From assembly GCA_037447435.1 (NCBI GenBank), contig JBBIGR010000042.1:1-45774 (forward strand): 45,774 nucleotides of DNA, given 5' to 3'. The position numbers and the translations under genes are program-made. Below are positions 1 through 10,527 of this stretch, piece after piece (within the stretch, counting starts at the first letter, position 1; every line of letters begins with the position of its first letter). The stretch is from Fibrobacteria bacterium (lineage in GTDB: Bacteria > Fibrobacterota > Chitinivibrionia > Chitinivibrionales > FEN-1185). The notes beneath the pieces were generated by a model that was not told the DNA's origin, ran no database searches, and saw only the letters and a program-made list of their open reading frames with translations.

Positions 1-26
1 ATCGGGCTAACGCATTGGATCTTCAT
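1..26 (-). CDS. 5' end of a gene running off the window edge (MKIQCVSP...), possibly another glycosyltransferase
   Basis: ATG at 26-24, 7 nt after the GT2 stop on the same strand; only 8 codons visible. Confidence 0.35.
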
Positions 27-33
27 GACGTTT

Positions 34-954
34 TTATAGGGTTTCTTTGATGGTATAGGTGTTTTTCGGGCTTGCATGCGTTATCATTTCACCAATAAGC
101 CCTATTGAAATGAATTGTATGCCCATAATAATCGCACCCATTGACAATAGAACAAGGGGCCGTATCCTCATTTGCTGGGTGATAATCCATTCTACACCAA
201 AATATGCCAAAACCGTACTGCCTGCCGCCGCAAAACAAAGACCGACCAGTCCGAAAAAATGAAGCGGGTTCTTCATGTATTTACGTAAAAACAAGAGAGT
301 GAGCAGGTCGAATATTCCTTTTAGACCCCGACCAAAACCGTATTTTGACTTCCCGAATTTACGTGCATGATGCGGCACGACCATTTCCGTTACTTTTGCT
401 CCGTCCCAATGGGCAAGCACCGGCAAATACCGATGGCGTTGTCCGTAAATTTCCAGGCTTTTTGCTATATCTGCCCGGTACGCTTTAAAACCGCAATTAA
501 AATCGTGCAGTCGAATTCCGGCAACAAGGGAAGTTGCAATGTTCCACACTTTAGACGGCAAGGTTTTCGTAATTGGATCATATCGCTTCTTTTTCCATCC
601 CGAGACTACATCAAAGCCTTGATCAAGCAACGCGATCATATCCGGAATTACCAAAGGATCATCCTGCAAATCGGCATCCATTGTCACAATTATATCACCG
701 CTAGCTTTTTCAATACCCACAGCCAAGGCGGCAGCTTTTCCGTAGTTTCGTGAAAATCGAATTGCATGGACTTTATTTACGAACTTTTTGTGCAACCCGA
801 TAATGGTTTCATACGAGCCGTCTGTACTCCCGTCATCGACAAATACCACCTCATACTCGATTTTATGTGTGTCAAGCGACTGGGATATGGCATCCATGAG
901 CGGCGAAAGACTTTCGACTTCATTGAGCAACGGAATGACTAAGGATATTTTCAT
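34..954 (-). CDS. Glycosyltransferase family 2, ArnC/DPM1-like polyprenol-phosphate glycosyltransferase
   Basis: SLVIPLLNE start, VDDGSTD, RNYGKAAAL, MDADLQDDP, DFNCGFKAYR and two C-terminal TM helices. Confidence 0.92.
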   Translation of the reverse strand: MKISLVIPLLNEVESLSPLMDAISQSLDTHKIEYEVVFVDDGSTDGSYETIIGLHKKFVNKVHAIRFSRNYGKAAALAVGIEKASGDIIVTMDADLQDDPLVIPDMIALLDQGFDVVSGWKKKRYDPITKTLPSKVWNIATSLVAGIRLHDFNCGFKAYRADIAKSLEIYGQRHRYLPVLAHWDGAKVTEMVVPHHARKFGKSKYGFGRGLKGIFDLLTLLFLRKYMKNPLHFFGLVGLCFAAAGSTVLAYFGVEWIITQQMRIRPLVLLSMGAIIMGIQFISIGLIGEMITHASPKNTYTIKETL

Positions 955-1922
955 TCGGTTTTCCTTGGTGATTTTACTTTATTTACAAGAAACAGAATTC
1001 CGCCTGTTAAACTTGCGACGCTTCCGATGAGCGTCGCTAAAAAACCCATAACGATTGCGGACCCGGCTTGGAAACCCGCAAACGTAAACAATGTTCCGCC
1101 GATGCTTTCACGAATGCCAAAGGGAAGGGGCGCAATCATGAGAATCGCCAGAATCGGTACGAATATAAAAAAATAGTGTATGTTTGCGGCACTTAAAAGC
1201 CCCAAACTGCCCGCGCAGAGAACATGAACGCCGATGCGCAGGAATTGCACAACAGTAGAAAGTACTCCTACTGGTAATAAAATATGGACATCATGAACTT
1301 CGATAAGTGTCTCATTCAGAATTTTTTTAAGGGATTCTTTTTGCTTTATAGGGACCGGAATCAGGTCAATGATATTAAATGCTATTGCCTGAAGCTTTTT
1401 CGACATTAAAAACAGCAATGCCCCGCCAAAACAAAAAAAGGCCGCGAACAACGCCACAATCGCCAATGTCATGCTCCGGCTTTCCAACGATTTTTGTTTG
1501 ATAAGCAACACACTTCCGAAAATCGCATATCCGAGCATTGCCCACAAGCCGGCAAAACGGTCTAAAAAGGTCGCCGCAAAACCGGCTTTTCCGCTACCTT
1601 CTTCAACCTTGATGTATGCCACTTTAATTGCGTCTCCGGTAATGATGCCGAGCGCGAAATTATTGAAAAACATACCGATAAAATACAATGAAAACACTCG
1701 TGAAAAAGTCAGGGACAATCCCCTGTTTTTCAGGATTATCTGCCATTGGATAACGCCGAGCCATCCTGAAATAAAAAACAAGACAAGCGCCGACACGAGC
1801 CAGGCCGGGTTCGCCTGTTCGCAAGTAAGAAGAATATGTCTCCATCCCAGTTTACAAATAATGAAGGCAATAACGCCGATCGTCACGCCGATTTTTAAAA
1901 TTATCCCGATTATTTTACGCAT
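951..1922 (-). CDS. Lysylphosphatidylglycerol synthase TM domain / UPF0104 flippase-like membrane protein
   Basis: Multi-TM; YFIGMFFNNF..GDAIK, DRFAG and PFGIRE motifs; ATGA overlap with GT2; start put at MRKII (1922), alternative 1940. Confidence 0.82.
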   Translation of the reverse strand: MRKIIGIILKIGVTIGVIAFIICKLGWRHILLTCEQANPAWLVSALVLFFISGWLGVIQWQIILKNRGLSLTFSRVFSLYFIGMFFNNFALGIITGDAIKVAYIKVEEGSGKAGFAATFLDRFAGLWAMLGYAIFGSVLLIKQKSLESRSMTLAIVALFAAFFCFGGALLFLMSKKLQAIAFNIIDLIPVPIKQKESLKKILNETLIEVHDVHILLPVGVLSTVVQFLRIGVHVLCAGSLGLLSAANIHYFFIFVPILAILMIAPLPFGIRESIGGTLFTFAGFQAGSAIVMGFLATLIGSVASLTGGILFLVNKVKSPRKTE

Positions 1923-3022
1923 ACGTCTTCCCGTAGCCATCGTTCCATTTTCTTATAACTTTCGTCCCAAGAAAATCCTAGGGCCCATTTCCTGCCGTTT
2001 TCTTCAAACGCTTCACGCTTTTTATTATTGTCAAGAACTTGGCACAGGCAATTGACAAAATCATTCAAATCGTTTTCCTGGAATAACAAGCCGGTCTCAT
2101 CGTGTCGTACCGAATCGCGGAGACCTGCGACATTATTTGCAACGACCGCCGTTCCGCATGCCGCTGCTTCGATATTTGTAATGCCCCAGCCTTCTTTTCT
2201 GGATGGATTGACAAAAACAATTGCTTTTCTATACAGATTTATTTTTGCTTCTTCTTCAACAAATCCATAGAACTCAACATTTTTATCTATACCTAAACGT
2301 TTTACCTGCGCCTGAAGATTATCTTCATCGTCTCCTGTTCCGGCAATGGCCAATTTTAAAGACCTCCCCGAATCATTCAACCGTTTGATCGCATCAAGTA
2401 TCATCGAGACATTCTTATATTTTTTCAATCTGCCCGCATAAACGATCAAGGCCGGATCTTTTGTTATTCCCGGTAAAGGAGAATAGCGTTCGGTGTCCAC
2501 GCTGTTTTCTATGATGCGTATCCGGGCTTTTTGAAAGCCTAAATCGATAAGTTCTTGGGCCGTGCTCTCCGAAACAGTGCAACAGGGAGTTTTTCCATAA
2601 CCGATTGCGCTGAGTTTCTCTAATAGCAATACATAAAGCGCCAAAGGGTATGCGGCAAGGCTGAATATGGTTGAACCGAATAAATGGTGGAAAATAACAC
2701 CGCATGGCACGCAGGGAAACCAACGGGGGCTAAAAAAAGGTATTTTATTGACATCATCGACGATGCAATCAATGGCATGCCTTTTCAGAATCCGTTTCAC
2801 CAAGACCGGAACTTCCCAATTAAAAATGTAGGTGTGCGCCCATCGGTAAACGGTAATCCCGTCTTGTATATCGTACCTATCGCTGCCGGGAAAGCGCGTT
2901 GTCAATAACACTACCGAATGCCCGTTTTTAACAAATCTGGAGAATATCTGCTGGAAATGCACTTCTGCACCCCCGGCCTCTGGGTGTTTTATGTCGCGCC
3001 AGTTAAGAACAAGTACGTTCAT
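1910..3022 (-). CDS. Glycosyltransferase family 4 (GT-B)
   Basis: NWRDIKHPEAGGAE, GRLKKYK, PSRKEGWGITNIEAAACG (EX7E). Confidence 0.93.
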   Translation of the reverse strand: MNVLVLNWRDIKHPEAGGAEVHFQQIFSRFVKNGHSVVLLTTRFPGSDRYDIQDGITVYRWAHTYIFNWEVPVLVKRILKRHAIDCIVDDVNKIPFFSPRWFPCVPCGVIFHHLFGSTIFSLAAYPLALYVLLLEKLSAIGYGKTPCCTVSESTAQELIDLGFQKARIRIIENSVDTERYSPLPGITKDPALIVYAGRLKKYKNVSMILDAIKRLNDSGRSLKLAIAGTGDDEDNLQAQVKRLGIDKNVEFYGFVEEEAKINLYRKAIVFVNPSRKEGWGITNIEAAACGTAVVANNVAGLRDSVRHDETGLLFQENDLNDFVNCLCQVLDNNKKREAFEENGRKWALGFSWDESYKKMERWLREDVCVK

Positions 3023-3073
3023 AATTTAAAAAATACATTTGGCTTGCTGCAATAATCCTGCCTAATTGCCTTG

Positions 3074-3117
3074 AAAATAAAAAAGGCCCCTGGGCATCAA
3101 ATCGCGCCCAAGAGCCT
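3074..3117 (-). terminator. Rho-independent terminator after the sugar permease
   Basis: Minus strand AGGCTCTTGGGC-N10-GCCCAGGGGCCT followed by TTTTTATTTT; G.U pairs work only on the minus strand. Confidence 0.8.
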
Positions 3118-3141
3118 GAATTGAATGCTGTATCCAACGGG

Positions 3142-4467
3142 TTAATCTGATTCCGTAACGCCTTTCGGCAACTTCGGAATCGAACCCTTGGCACCATAAA
3201 ACAATATATACAAATAGCAAATGAGAGGAATAATAAACGACATATGCAAACCAATAACATCTGCGAGCTTGCCCATGATCCACGGCATTATCGCGCCGCC
3301 GACGATTGCCATGCACAAGAGACCGGAACCGGAACTTGTATGACGGCCGAGCTTGGCAATGGCAAGTGTGAAAATCGTAGGGAACATGATCGAATTGAAC
3401 AATCCGATTGCCAGTACCGAAAACATTGCCACATGGCCCTTCGTGGCCATGGTAACAACAAGTAAGAGGCAAACAACGATTGCGTTAAAAGCGAGCACAG
3501 TTGCCGGCTTGACAAAGCGAAGTATTGCAGACCCGACAAAACGACCGACCATTGCGCCGCCCCAATAAAACATAAGAAATTTTCCTGCTTGTGCGGGGGT
3601 AAATCCAACAAGGTCTTTCATGTAATTCACAAGAAAACTTCCGATGGCTACTTCGCCGCCGACATAAAAGAAAATGCCGAGAGTACCAAGCGCCAGATGA
3701 GGATATTTCAATGTCTTGGCAAAAAGTTCTATGGTACCTTCGTGTTTGGCACCAGCCTCACGAGGCTCTTCTACAATTTTTGGAAGCTTCATAATGGTAA
3801 AGAAAATTGCTAAAAGGACAAACACGATTGCCAACCCAACGTAAGGGACTTGTACCGCATGCGCATTTGTTTGCAAAGCTTTAGCGGCATCAGACGCACC
3901 CATTTTTGCGATTTCATCAGCCGACTTAATTGCAACCGACAAAATCAGTACCGATCCGAAAAGCGGTGCAACCGTAGTCCCAAGAGAATTAAACGCCTGG
4001 GTGAGAACCAAACGCGATGAAGATGTTTCGGGTTTTCCAAGTATAGCCACATAAGGATTAGCTGCAACTTGAAGCAAGGTTATTCCGGAAGCAAGAACGA
4101 AGAACGCTAAAAGAAAGATCGGATATTGCTGAGTACTGGCTGCAGGATAGAACAAAAAGCAACCGAGTCCCGAAACAAGAAGTCCGATAACAATACCGAT
4201 TTTATATCCTATTTTCCTCACGATAACGCCGGAAGGCATCGACATGATAAAATACGCGGCAAAGAAAACAAATTGCACCAACGCAGCCTGGGCGTAATTG
4301 AGTGTAAAAATAGCCTTCAAATGCGGAATCAGAATGTCGTTAAGACAAGTCATGAATCCCCAGATGAAAAACAGCGAGGTCAGGGTGACGAGCGCCGGCG
4401 TATAGTTTGCGTTTGAATCTGTTTGGGCGCTTGTTACTGCGCCGCTCGAAGAACCGATACTTGCCAT
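3142..4467 (-). CDS. gluP: MFS sugar:H+ symporter, FucP/GluP (glucose/galactose) family
   Basis: [61 protein letters not shown]. Confidence 0.9.
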   Translation of the reverse strand: MASIGSSSGAVTSAQTDSNANYTPALVTLTSLFFIWGFMTCLNDILIPHLKAIFTLNYAQAALVQFVFFAAYFIMSMPSGVIVRKIGYKIGIVIGLLVSGLGCFLFYPAASTQQYPIFLLAFFVLASGITLLQVAANPYVAILGKPETSSSRLVLTQAFNSLGTTVAPLFGSVLILSVAIKSADEIAKMGASDAAKALQTNAHAVQVPYVGLAIVFVLLAIFFTIMKLPKIVEEPREAGAKHEGTIELFAKTLKYPHLALGTLGIFFYVGGEVAIGSFLVNYMKDLVGFTPAQAGKFLMFYWGGAMVGRFVGSAILRFVKPATVLAFNAIVVCLLLVVTMATKGHVAMFSVLAIGLFNSIMFPTIFTLAIAKLGRHTSSGSGLLCMAIVGGAIMPWIMGKLADVIGLHMSFIIPLICYLYILFYGAKGSIPKLPKGVTESD

Positions 4468-4502
4468 GACGTTCTCCTCTTAGCTAAAGGTGAATAAAGG
4501 GC

Positions 4503-6185
4503 TTAAAAATTTCCCGTGAATCTCAATGACCACCACCAGTGATCGCTTGATTGCAAAAAATCGTCCGTTTGCATATTTTGCGGAGCAGCAAGTTCAGTCG
4601 GTTTCATATGATCGCGGCCGACTAGCGCCCAAATTGCGAATCTGTCCATAAATGTTTTCTTGAAATTAAATGCATATTTTGTCGGCTGTGGAGTGCCAAA
4701 CGCTGCATCATTTCTGTTTTTATTACTAATGGGCATAGGATAATTGGTGTTTGGATCAACAACAGTTTTATTGCTATTTGGGAATCGCTGCGAAAACCAT
4801 TCAAATTCAAGTGAAAATTGATCAGGATCCAAATTCCAGCCAAAGAAATAATCGGCAACACCGCTTGCCAAAGCCGGAATCAAAGTTACATAGGCAAGCT
4901 GGGTGATATCCGACCCTGTTTCATCTTTGAGCCATTTGGTAAGAATAAATGGTAAAATTCCATAGCTGATCAGAGAGTTAGTTGGCAAATTGATGCCGAG
5001 CATCATTGGCATTCGGTCTTTTACATTGTTATAGTAATTGAGGGAATCGGGAACTTTCTGCCAATGATTGACCCCATTGGTATCCTGTATTGAATCAAAT
5101 GCCGTATAATTATCCAATCCCAGCACTGCAATTTCACCGTAGATTTTAAAATCTTCTTTGCCGAAAAACGGATTTTTACCAAATACGAATTCAGGAGGAA
5201 TTTTAAATTCCGGAATAAATCTTTGAGGATTTATTGCAGCACGAGCCATAAGCTTTGTTGCCTTAAAGGAATAATAGCTTGTGTCTCCGTTTTCGTTGAA
5301 TATCATGTTTCCGTCAGGAGGCAGACTATTGTTCCGCTTAGGAGTAGTTTTTGATTCATCGACTGAAAAAAGCCTTTGATACGAAACACCGAAACCAATA
5401 TCAAGAAATTTTAAAAATGAATTTGATATGACGCCAGAAAGCGTTCCATCCAAAGTTGGGAAATCGTGCGTTTCAGATGTCAACATTATATCCCAAGTCA
5501 GCTTATCAATATCGGGATTACCGATAAGCCAATTAAAATCACCGCCCAAGTGTATTCCAAGTTCCCGTGTTTGCGGAACATCAAGATCCGACACAATAAC
5601 AGTCGGATACGCTTTGCTTCGAAATAAGAATTCACCTAAATGTTTGGAATCCGGATTATACTTATAGGGAAAATAACCTAACGCAAACTTAAGCCAAGGC
5701 GCGTTAAAATCTCCCCAAGTGTATTTCATCTCAATATCATATGGCATAAACGTAAATGCCGGATTGAGCGTTGCAGGAAATTCCAAAATAGGAAGGATTG
5801 AAAAATCTAAAACGCATTGCATTTCGATTACGAATTCCAGCCTATCATGATAAGTCAGGCTTTGGGAATAATTAAACCACATGCTTTGCTGCCAAAGATT
5901 TGTAAAGGTAGTATATTTTTTCCCGTTCTTCGCTTTGCTCGTATCGCCACTATAAACGCCCTTCATGGCCTCACCTTCGTTAAGAGAAAACCATGAATGC
6001 TGCTGCGATTTATATTCGTCCGTTTTGCCAATACCGATATTGGTTTTGGCTATAGGTGCCGAATGATTGGCAGCAACAACGTCTAAGGTGTCCACTGCCT
6101 GAGTGGTGGTACCAGCTGAATCAGTCTGTTGCGCCAAGCTCGCTAACGCACAGACTAGCACTCCACTAATTATCCTCAAAATCAT
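4503..6185 (-). CDS. Hypothetical secreted protein, predicted outer-membrane beta-barrel (paralog 1)
   Basis: RBS AGGAGG before ATG 6185; signal peptide; aromatic-rich strands; C-terminal WWWSLRFTGNF beta-signal-like end; shares GYFPxKYNPD and MLTSETH blocks with the next gene. Confidence 0.7.
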   Translation of the reverse strand: MILRIISGVLVCALASLAQQTDSAGTTTQAVDTLDVVAANHSAPIAKTNIGIGKTDEYKSQQHSWFSLNEGEAMKGVYSGDTSKAKNGKKYTTFTNLWQQSMWFNYSQSLTYHDRLEFVIEMQCVLDFSILPILEFPATLNPAFTFMPYDIEMKYTWGDFNAPWLKFALGYFPYKYNPDSKHLGEFLFRSKAYPTVIVSDLDVPQTRELGIHLGGDFNWLIGNPDIDKLTWDIMLTSETHDFPTLDGTLSGVISNSFLKFLDIGFGVSYQRLFSVDESKTTPKRNNSLPPDGNMIFNENGDTSYYSFKATKLMARAAINPQRFIPEFKIPPEFVFGKNPFFGKEDFKIYGEIAVLGLDNYTAFDSIQDTNGVNHWQKVPDSLNYYNNVKDRMPMMLGINLPTNSLISYGILPFILTKWLKDETGSDITQLAYVTLIPALASGVADYFFGWNLDPDQFSLEFEWFSQRFPNSNKTVVDPNTNYPMPISNKNRNDAAFGTPQPTKYAFNFKKTFMDRFAIWALVGRDHMKPTELAAPQNMQTDDFLQSSDHWWWSLRFTGNF

Positions 6186-6254
6186 TTGTTTTCCTCCTGT
6201 ATTAAGACTGTCGGGATTTTTCACCGGTTATTCTTTTTTCACACTTTCGGTGAA

Positions 6255-7892
6255 TTAAAAATTGGCCGACAATCTAATTGTCCACCACCACATGCTATTT
6301 GTTTGGAGAAAATCATCGTTAATCGTTTTCTTTGTATCTGCGAGGACGACCGGCCGCATGTGGTCCCGAGCTACCATTCCTGAAAAGGCAAACCTATCAT
6401 TTGAAAACGATTTTTTAAAATACAAAGCATATTTTGCTTGTTGAGGAGAACCAAGGTTATAAGCGGCCAAGCCTTGCAAACGTCCTTGCTCATCAGCTGG
6501 AATGGGACGGCTGTTTCCCGGCTCTATTGCATAGCCATTGTCATTTGGGAAACGCTGACTTACCCATTCGTATTCAAACGAAAGAACGTCAAGACCAAGA
6601 TTCCATCCAAGGAAGTGATCTAGCACGCCACTTGCCAAAGCGGGAATAAGGGTAACAAAAGCTAAAGGTCTTATGTCATCACCCGATTCATCTCTAAGCC
6701 ATTTTGTCAGAATGAATGGAAGAATTCCATAACTAATTAAAGGATTAGTTGGAAGGTTAATTCCAATCATATAGGGCATTCTGTCACCCAAAGAATCATA
6801 ATAGTTTTTACTTTTAATTTGTTTCTGCCATGTTTTTAGGCCGGTTACTGGATCGACTATGGAATCATATGCGGTATAATTTTGCAACCCCAGAATTCCG
6901 AGTTCAGCATAAACTTTTAAATCTTGAGACCCGAAAAAGGGTCTGTCGCCGAAAATCTCCGGAACCGGGAGCCTGAATTCAGGAATAAAACGCATTGGAT
7001 TTATTGACCCGCGCCCCATGAGTTTCGTTGCCCGATACGTATAATATGAGGTGTCACCGTCTTCGTTTCTGTATTGGCTAGAATTATTCTTTGGCGTTGT
7101 TTTTAATTCGTCAACAGAAAAGAAACGGTTTAAAGAAACACCTGCTCCAAGGTCAAGAAAATTGAACAAATTATTCGAAAGGATTGCCGACACGGTCCAG
7201 TCTTGAAGCGGCCAGTTATGAGTTTCACTTGTCAGCATAAAATCCCATTTGACCTGGTCTATGGCGGCATCGCCAATAAAACCATTCAAATGCAAACCCA
7301 GCTCGCGAGTCATTGCAAATTCAAAATTGGTTATAATCGTATTTGGGTAGGCATCATCGCGAAGCAAATATTCGCCAAGATCCTTGGCATCCGGATTATA
7401 TTTGAATGGAAAGTAACCGGCCGATATTTGCAACCATGGCTTATCGAGATTACCAAAAGTATATCTCAATTCAACATCATTCGGGTAAAAAGAAAACGAC
7501 GGCGCCAATGTTGCTGGATATGCTGAATATTGTTTAATTGAAAAGGTCAACGCACATTCAATGCTTAAAATAAAGCGCATTCTTTCTTGGTAAGTCACAT
7601 CATTTGTTAAGTGAAAGAACATCTTCTGTATCCAGAGCCTGTCATATTCCTTATACCCTCCGCTTGGATCCGTACCTTGCATTGCCTGACCTTCATCGAG
7701 AGCAAAAAACAGGGATTGCGTGTTTGTAATCGGGCTTTGAGTACCATTTTCTACTTTTGCAATAGGCTCCGTTTTTTTAAGGCTCTGCGAAACTTCCTGT
7801 ACCGTGTCATCAGTTTGTCCGAAGCCGGGGCATACAGCAAAAATCAGCGCTACTAACGTGGTCCAAACAACTTTTTTCCCTGTCATAGCCAT
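6255..7892 (-). CDS. Hypothetical secreted protein, predicted outer-membrane beta-barrel (paralog 2)
   Basis: Signal peptide; GYFPFKYNPD, TRELGLHL, MLTSETH; C-terminal WWWTIRLSANF. Confidence 0.7.
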   Translation of the reverse strand: MAMTGKKVVWTTLVALIFAVCPGFGQTDDTVQEVSQSLKKTEPIAKVENGTQSPITNTQSLFFALDEGQAMQGTDPSGGYKEYDRLWIQKMFFHLTNDVTYQERMRFILSIECALTFSIKQYSAYPATLAPSFSFYPNDVELRYTFGNLDKPWLQISAGYFPFKYNPDAKDLGEYLLRDDAYPNTIITNFEFAMTRELGLHLNGFIGDAAIDQVKWDFMLTSETHNWPLQDWTVSAILSNNLFNFLDLGAGVSLNRFFSVDELKTTPKNNSSQYRNEDGDTSYYTYRATKLMGRGSINPMRFIPEFRLPVPEIFGDRPFFGSQDLKVYAELGILGLQNYTAYDSIVDPVTGLKTWQKQIKSKNYYDSLGDRMPYMIGINLPTNPLISYGILPFILTKWLRDESGDDIRPLAFVTLIPALASGVLDHFLGWNLGLDVLSFEYEWVSQRFPNDNGYAIEPGNSRPIPADEQGRLQGLAAYNLGSPQQAKYALYFKKSFSNDRFAFSGMVARDHMRPVVLADTKKTINDDFLQTNSMWWWTIRLSANF

Positions 7893-7950
7893 GCCTTTCT
7901 AAAAATCTTGAATGCCTGTTTCGATGAGACTTAGCATCTCGAAAAACTAC

Positions 7951-7991
7951 ACACAGTCGGCCTGAATGAAACTCATTCAAGCCGACTGTGT
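7951..7991 (-). terminator. Long intergenic stem-loop (partial terminator or mRNA stabiliser) between GH3 and the OMP genes
   Basis: ACACAGTCGGC-TTGAATGA-GTT-TCATTCAG-GCCGACTGTGT on the minus strand; U-run starts 4 nt after the stem. Confidence 0.7.
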
Positions 7992-8036
7992 TGCAAATAA
8001 AAAATAATTAAAGACAGAATTCTAAAGGGCGCGCAA

Positions 8037-10481
8037 TTAATCCGCGGGAAGCATGGTAATTGTGCTTGTTAAAGCGGCATTATCCATGGAATTCTTTCCA
8101 ACAGAAATTTCATAAGTACTGTTAGGATCCACTATCCACCCTGATGCTAAAGTCCAATGGGCAAAATCCCATTCTTTTAAATTAAAGGTAACCGGAGCGG
8201 ATTGACCTGCTTTTAAAGGAACACGAGCAAAACCGCGCAGTTGTTTCACCGGACGGTTTGCAACAGGTGTTTTTTGAGAAATATACAATTGTACAATTTC
8301 TACGCCGTCGGTAGCTCCCGAATTTGTCACATTGACCGTAACCTGAAGCTTATCCCCAATATACGCAGTCGAAGGAACATTCAGAGCCGAATATGTAAAG
8401 GTTGTATAGCTTAAACCGAAACCAAACGGAATAAGAGGAGCCTTTTTTGCAAACAGGTAATATGGATAGCCTCTGCCTTCATTTGCTTTTTCGTAAGGTA
8501 CATATTGATCGGCATTGGTAAATGTCGGCAAATCCGTTTGATTGACAGGAAACGTAATGGTAAGTTTTCCGCACGGATTGTAATCCCCAACAAGGATATC
8601 CGCAAGTGCGATGCCTTGCTTTTCGCCACCGTACCCTGCATAAATAACCGCATTAGCAGTATACCACGCGCCGCTGGTGACAGCCGCACCTCCAGTTAAT
8701 ACAACAATCGTACGATCTTTTTTGGTCGCAAGAATTCCCTGCACATATACATTTTGGTCTTGAGCTCCGTTGTCAGGAATCGACAATGTCGCATCTGGTC
8801 GATCCTGTCCTTCATATGCTGCACTAGTCGTACCTTCATCAGACGCGATGCCGACGACAACAACAATATAATCGGCAGCATTAATGTCAGTTGTAATTTT
8901 AGCAGCACCGAGTTTTCTCGTTATTGCTTGTAACGGCGTGTTGACAAGCTCAGATTCAAACGGTTTAACTTTTGAACTCGTATACTGACCATTTCCGCCC
9001 ACGCGAAGAATATTTGCATATGGGCCCACAACCGCAACTGTTTTTGTCCTATCGATTGGCAGAATTGGCTTTGCAGCCCCAGCGGGAATATCGTTTTTAA
9101 GGAGAACGATACTTCTATGAGCAGCAGTATCTGCAATGAGCTGATGATTTATTCCACCAGCGCCATCATGAAGCTGTTGGATTGTGTAACCGCCAATTGT
9201 TTTAGGATAAGTCGTCATGCAACCGGCCCAGGCTTTTGCTCTCAAAACACGTAAAACTTTTTCATCGAGCACATCCTGAGTCATTCTTCCGCCGGTGATT
9301 TCGGCCGGCAATTTCGAATATACCGTATTCTCGGGCATTTGCACATCAAGGCCGGCGTTACCGGCGGCCACGGTCATCATTGTTGACCAATCGGAAATAG
9401 TGAGCCCGCGGAAGCCCCATTCTTTTTTAAGGATAGTGTTGAGAAGAAAACTATTTTCAGTACAAAGAACACCGTTGACTTTATTGTACGCCGCCATCAA
9501 TCCCCATGCTCCTGCTTCACGAATCGTCATTTCAAAGGGATAAGCATATGTTTGCCTCATTGTGACCGTGTCGATGTTCATACTCGCTTGAGTACGATCG
9601 CGCTCCTGGTCGTTACAAAGGAAATGCTTGGGAGTTGCCACGATTTTTTCACTTTGGATGCCTCGAATATCAACACTTGCCAGTTTGCCCATCAAATAGG
9701 GGTCTTCGCCAAACGTTTCATAATCGCGGCCGCCGCGAGGATCCCGAACCAAATTCAACATCGGCCCAAGCAATTGGAAACGTCCCTGCCATAAGCCTTT
9801 AGCTTCTTGTGCAATCGCCTGTCCGATTTGATACGTAAGAGCAGTATCCCATGCATTGGCGGTTGTCCCATTGCAAGGAAACATTGTTGCTTGTCCCCAT
9901 CCCCATCCATTGATCCCGTGAGGACCATCGCAGGTACTTAGCCCTACAACGGTACCATAGGTTCCGCCATTCATGTCTCCGGTACAAAACGCGTCATGTT
10001 GGGCCGGCGCAACGCCATTTCCACCGCAAAGAATTTTTGCTTTTTCCGTGTTGTTTGGAATGGCTGCTAAAACAGAACGCGCCAATTGTTCATTTGCACT
10101 CATATTAGGAGTAACAGTAACGGTTGCTACGTATTGATCGGAAGCTGCGGGCGCAGAAGCAAACGTGCACTCAAAGAAAATTTCGCGTTTACCGTTCAAA
10201 CCGGTAATCATTGGATAAATTCCAGCATCGCCACTTGTTTTTGTGACTGTGCATGTTGGAGCCGTTGGAGTCGTAGATGCAGGAGCAATGCTCAAAACAA
10301 TTTGAAGAGAATCATTATCTCCAACAGATAAATAATACGTTACCTTTCCGGTCCAGTTAACACCACTTCCCTTGATTATCTTCGCAGGAACTTTTACACT
10401 ATCAAGAGTCGTCGGTATAACAGGCAGCGCAAACGACGCCGCCGTTAAAATCATAAGCACGCCTATTGCTTTTCTTATCAT
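8037..10481 (-). CDS. Secreted glycoside hydrolase family 3 (beta-glucosidase/xylosidase-like) with N-terminal extra domain and C-terminal Fn3-like domain
   Basis: DGPHG, RDPRGGRDYETFGEDP, PKHF, ISDW nucleophile, SIVLLKN, PFGFGLSYTTF, EIVQLY..KQLRGF; RBS spacing favours ATG 10481 over 10490. Confidence 0.93.
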   Translation of the reverse strand: MIRKAIGVLMILTAASFALPVIPTTLDSVKVPAKIIKGSGVNWTGKVTYYLSVGDNDSLQIVLSIAPASTTPTAPTCTVTKTSGDAGIYPMITGLNGKREIFFECTFASAPAASDQYVATVTVTPNMSANEQLARSVLAAIPNNTEKAKILCGGNGVAPAQHDAFCTGDMNGGTYGTVVGLSTCDGPHGINGWGWGQATMFPCNGTTANAWDTALTYQIGQAIAQEAKGLWQGRFQLLGPMLNLVRDPRGGRDYETFGEDPYLMGKLASVDIRGIQSEKIVATPKHFLCNDQERDRTQASMNIDTVTMRQTYAYPFEMTIREAGAWGLMAAYNKVNGVLCTENSFLLNTILKKEWGFRGLTISDWSTMMTVAAGNAGLDVQMPENTVYSKLPAEITGGRMTQDVLDEKVLRVLRAKAWAGCMTTYPKTIGGYTIQQLHDGAGGINHQLIADTAAHRSIVLLKNDIPAGAAKPILPIDRTKTVAVVGPYANILRVGGNGQYTSSKVKPFESELVNTPLQAITRKLGAAKITTDINAADYIVVVVGIASDEGTTSAAYEGQDRPDATLSIPDNGAQDQNVYVQGILATKKDRTIVVLTGGAAVTSGAWYTANAVIYAGYGGEKQGIALADILVGDYNPCGKLTITFPVNQTDLPTFTNADQYVPYEKANEGRGYPYYLFAKKAPLIPFGFGLSYTTFTYSALNVPSTAYIGDKLQVTVNVTNSGATDGVEIVQLYISQKTPVANRPVKQLRGFARVPLKAGQSAPVTFNLKEWDFAHWTLASGWIVDPNSTYEISVGKNSMDNAALTSTITMLPAD

Positions 10482-10527
10482 GGTAAACATCCTCCTAAAA
10501 TTTTCGCTTTAATGGGTTTATTTCTTA

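Noticed and set aside
1471..2055. 194-aa plus-strand ORF and other short overlapping ORFs in the track
   Set aside because: Antisense or alternate-frame shadows of well-supported genes, with no motifs
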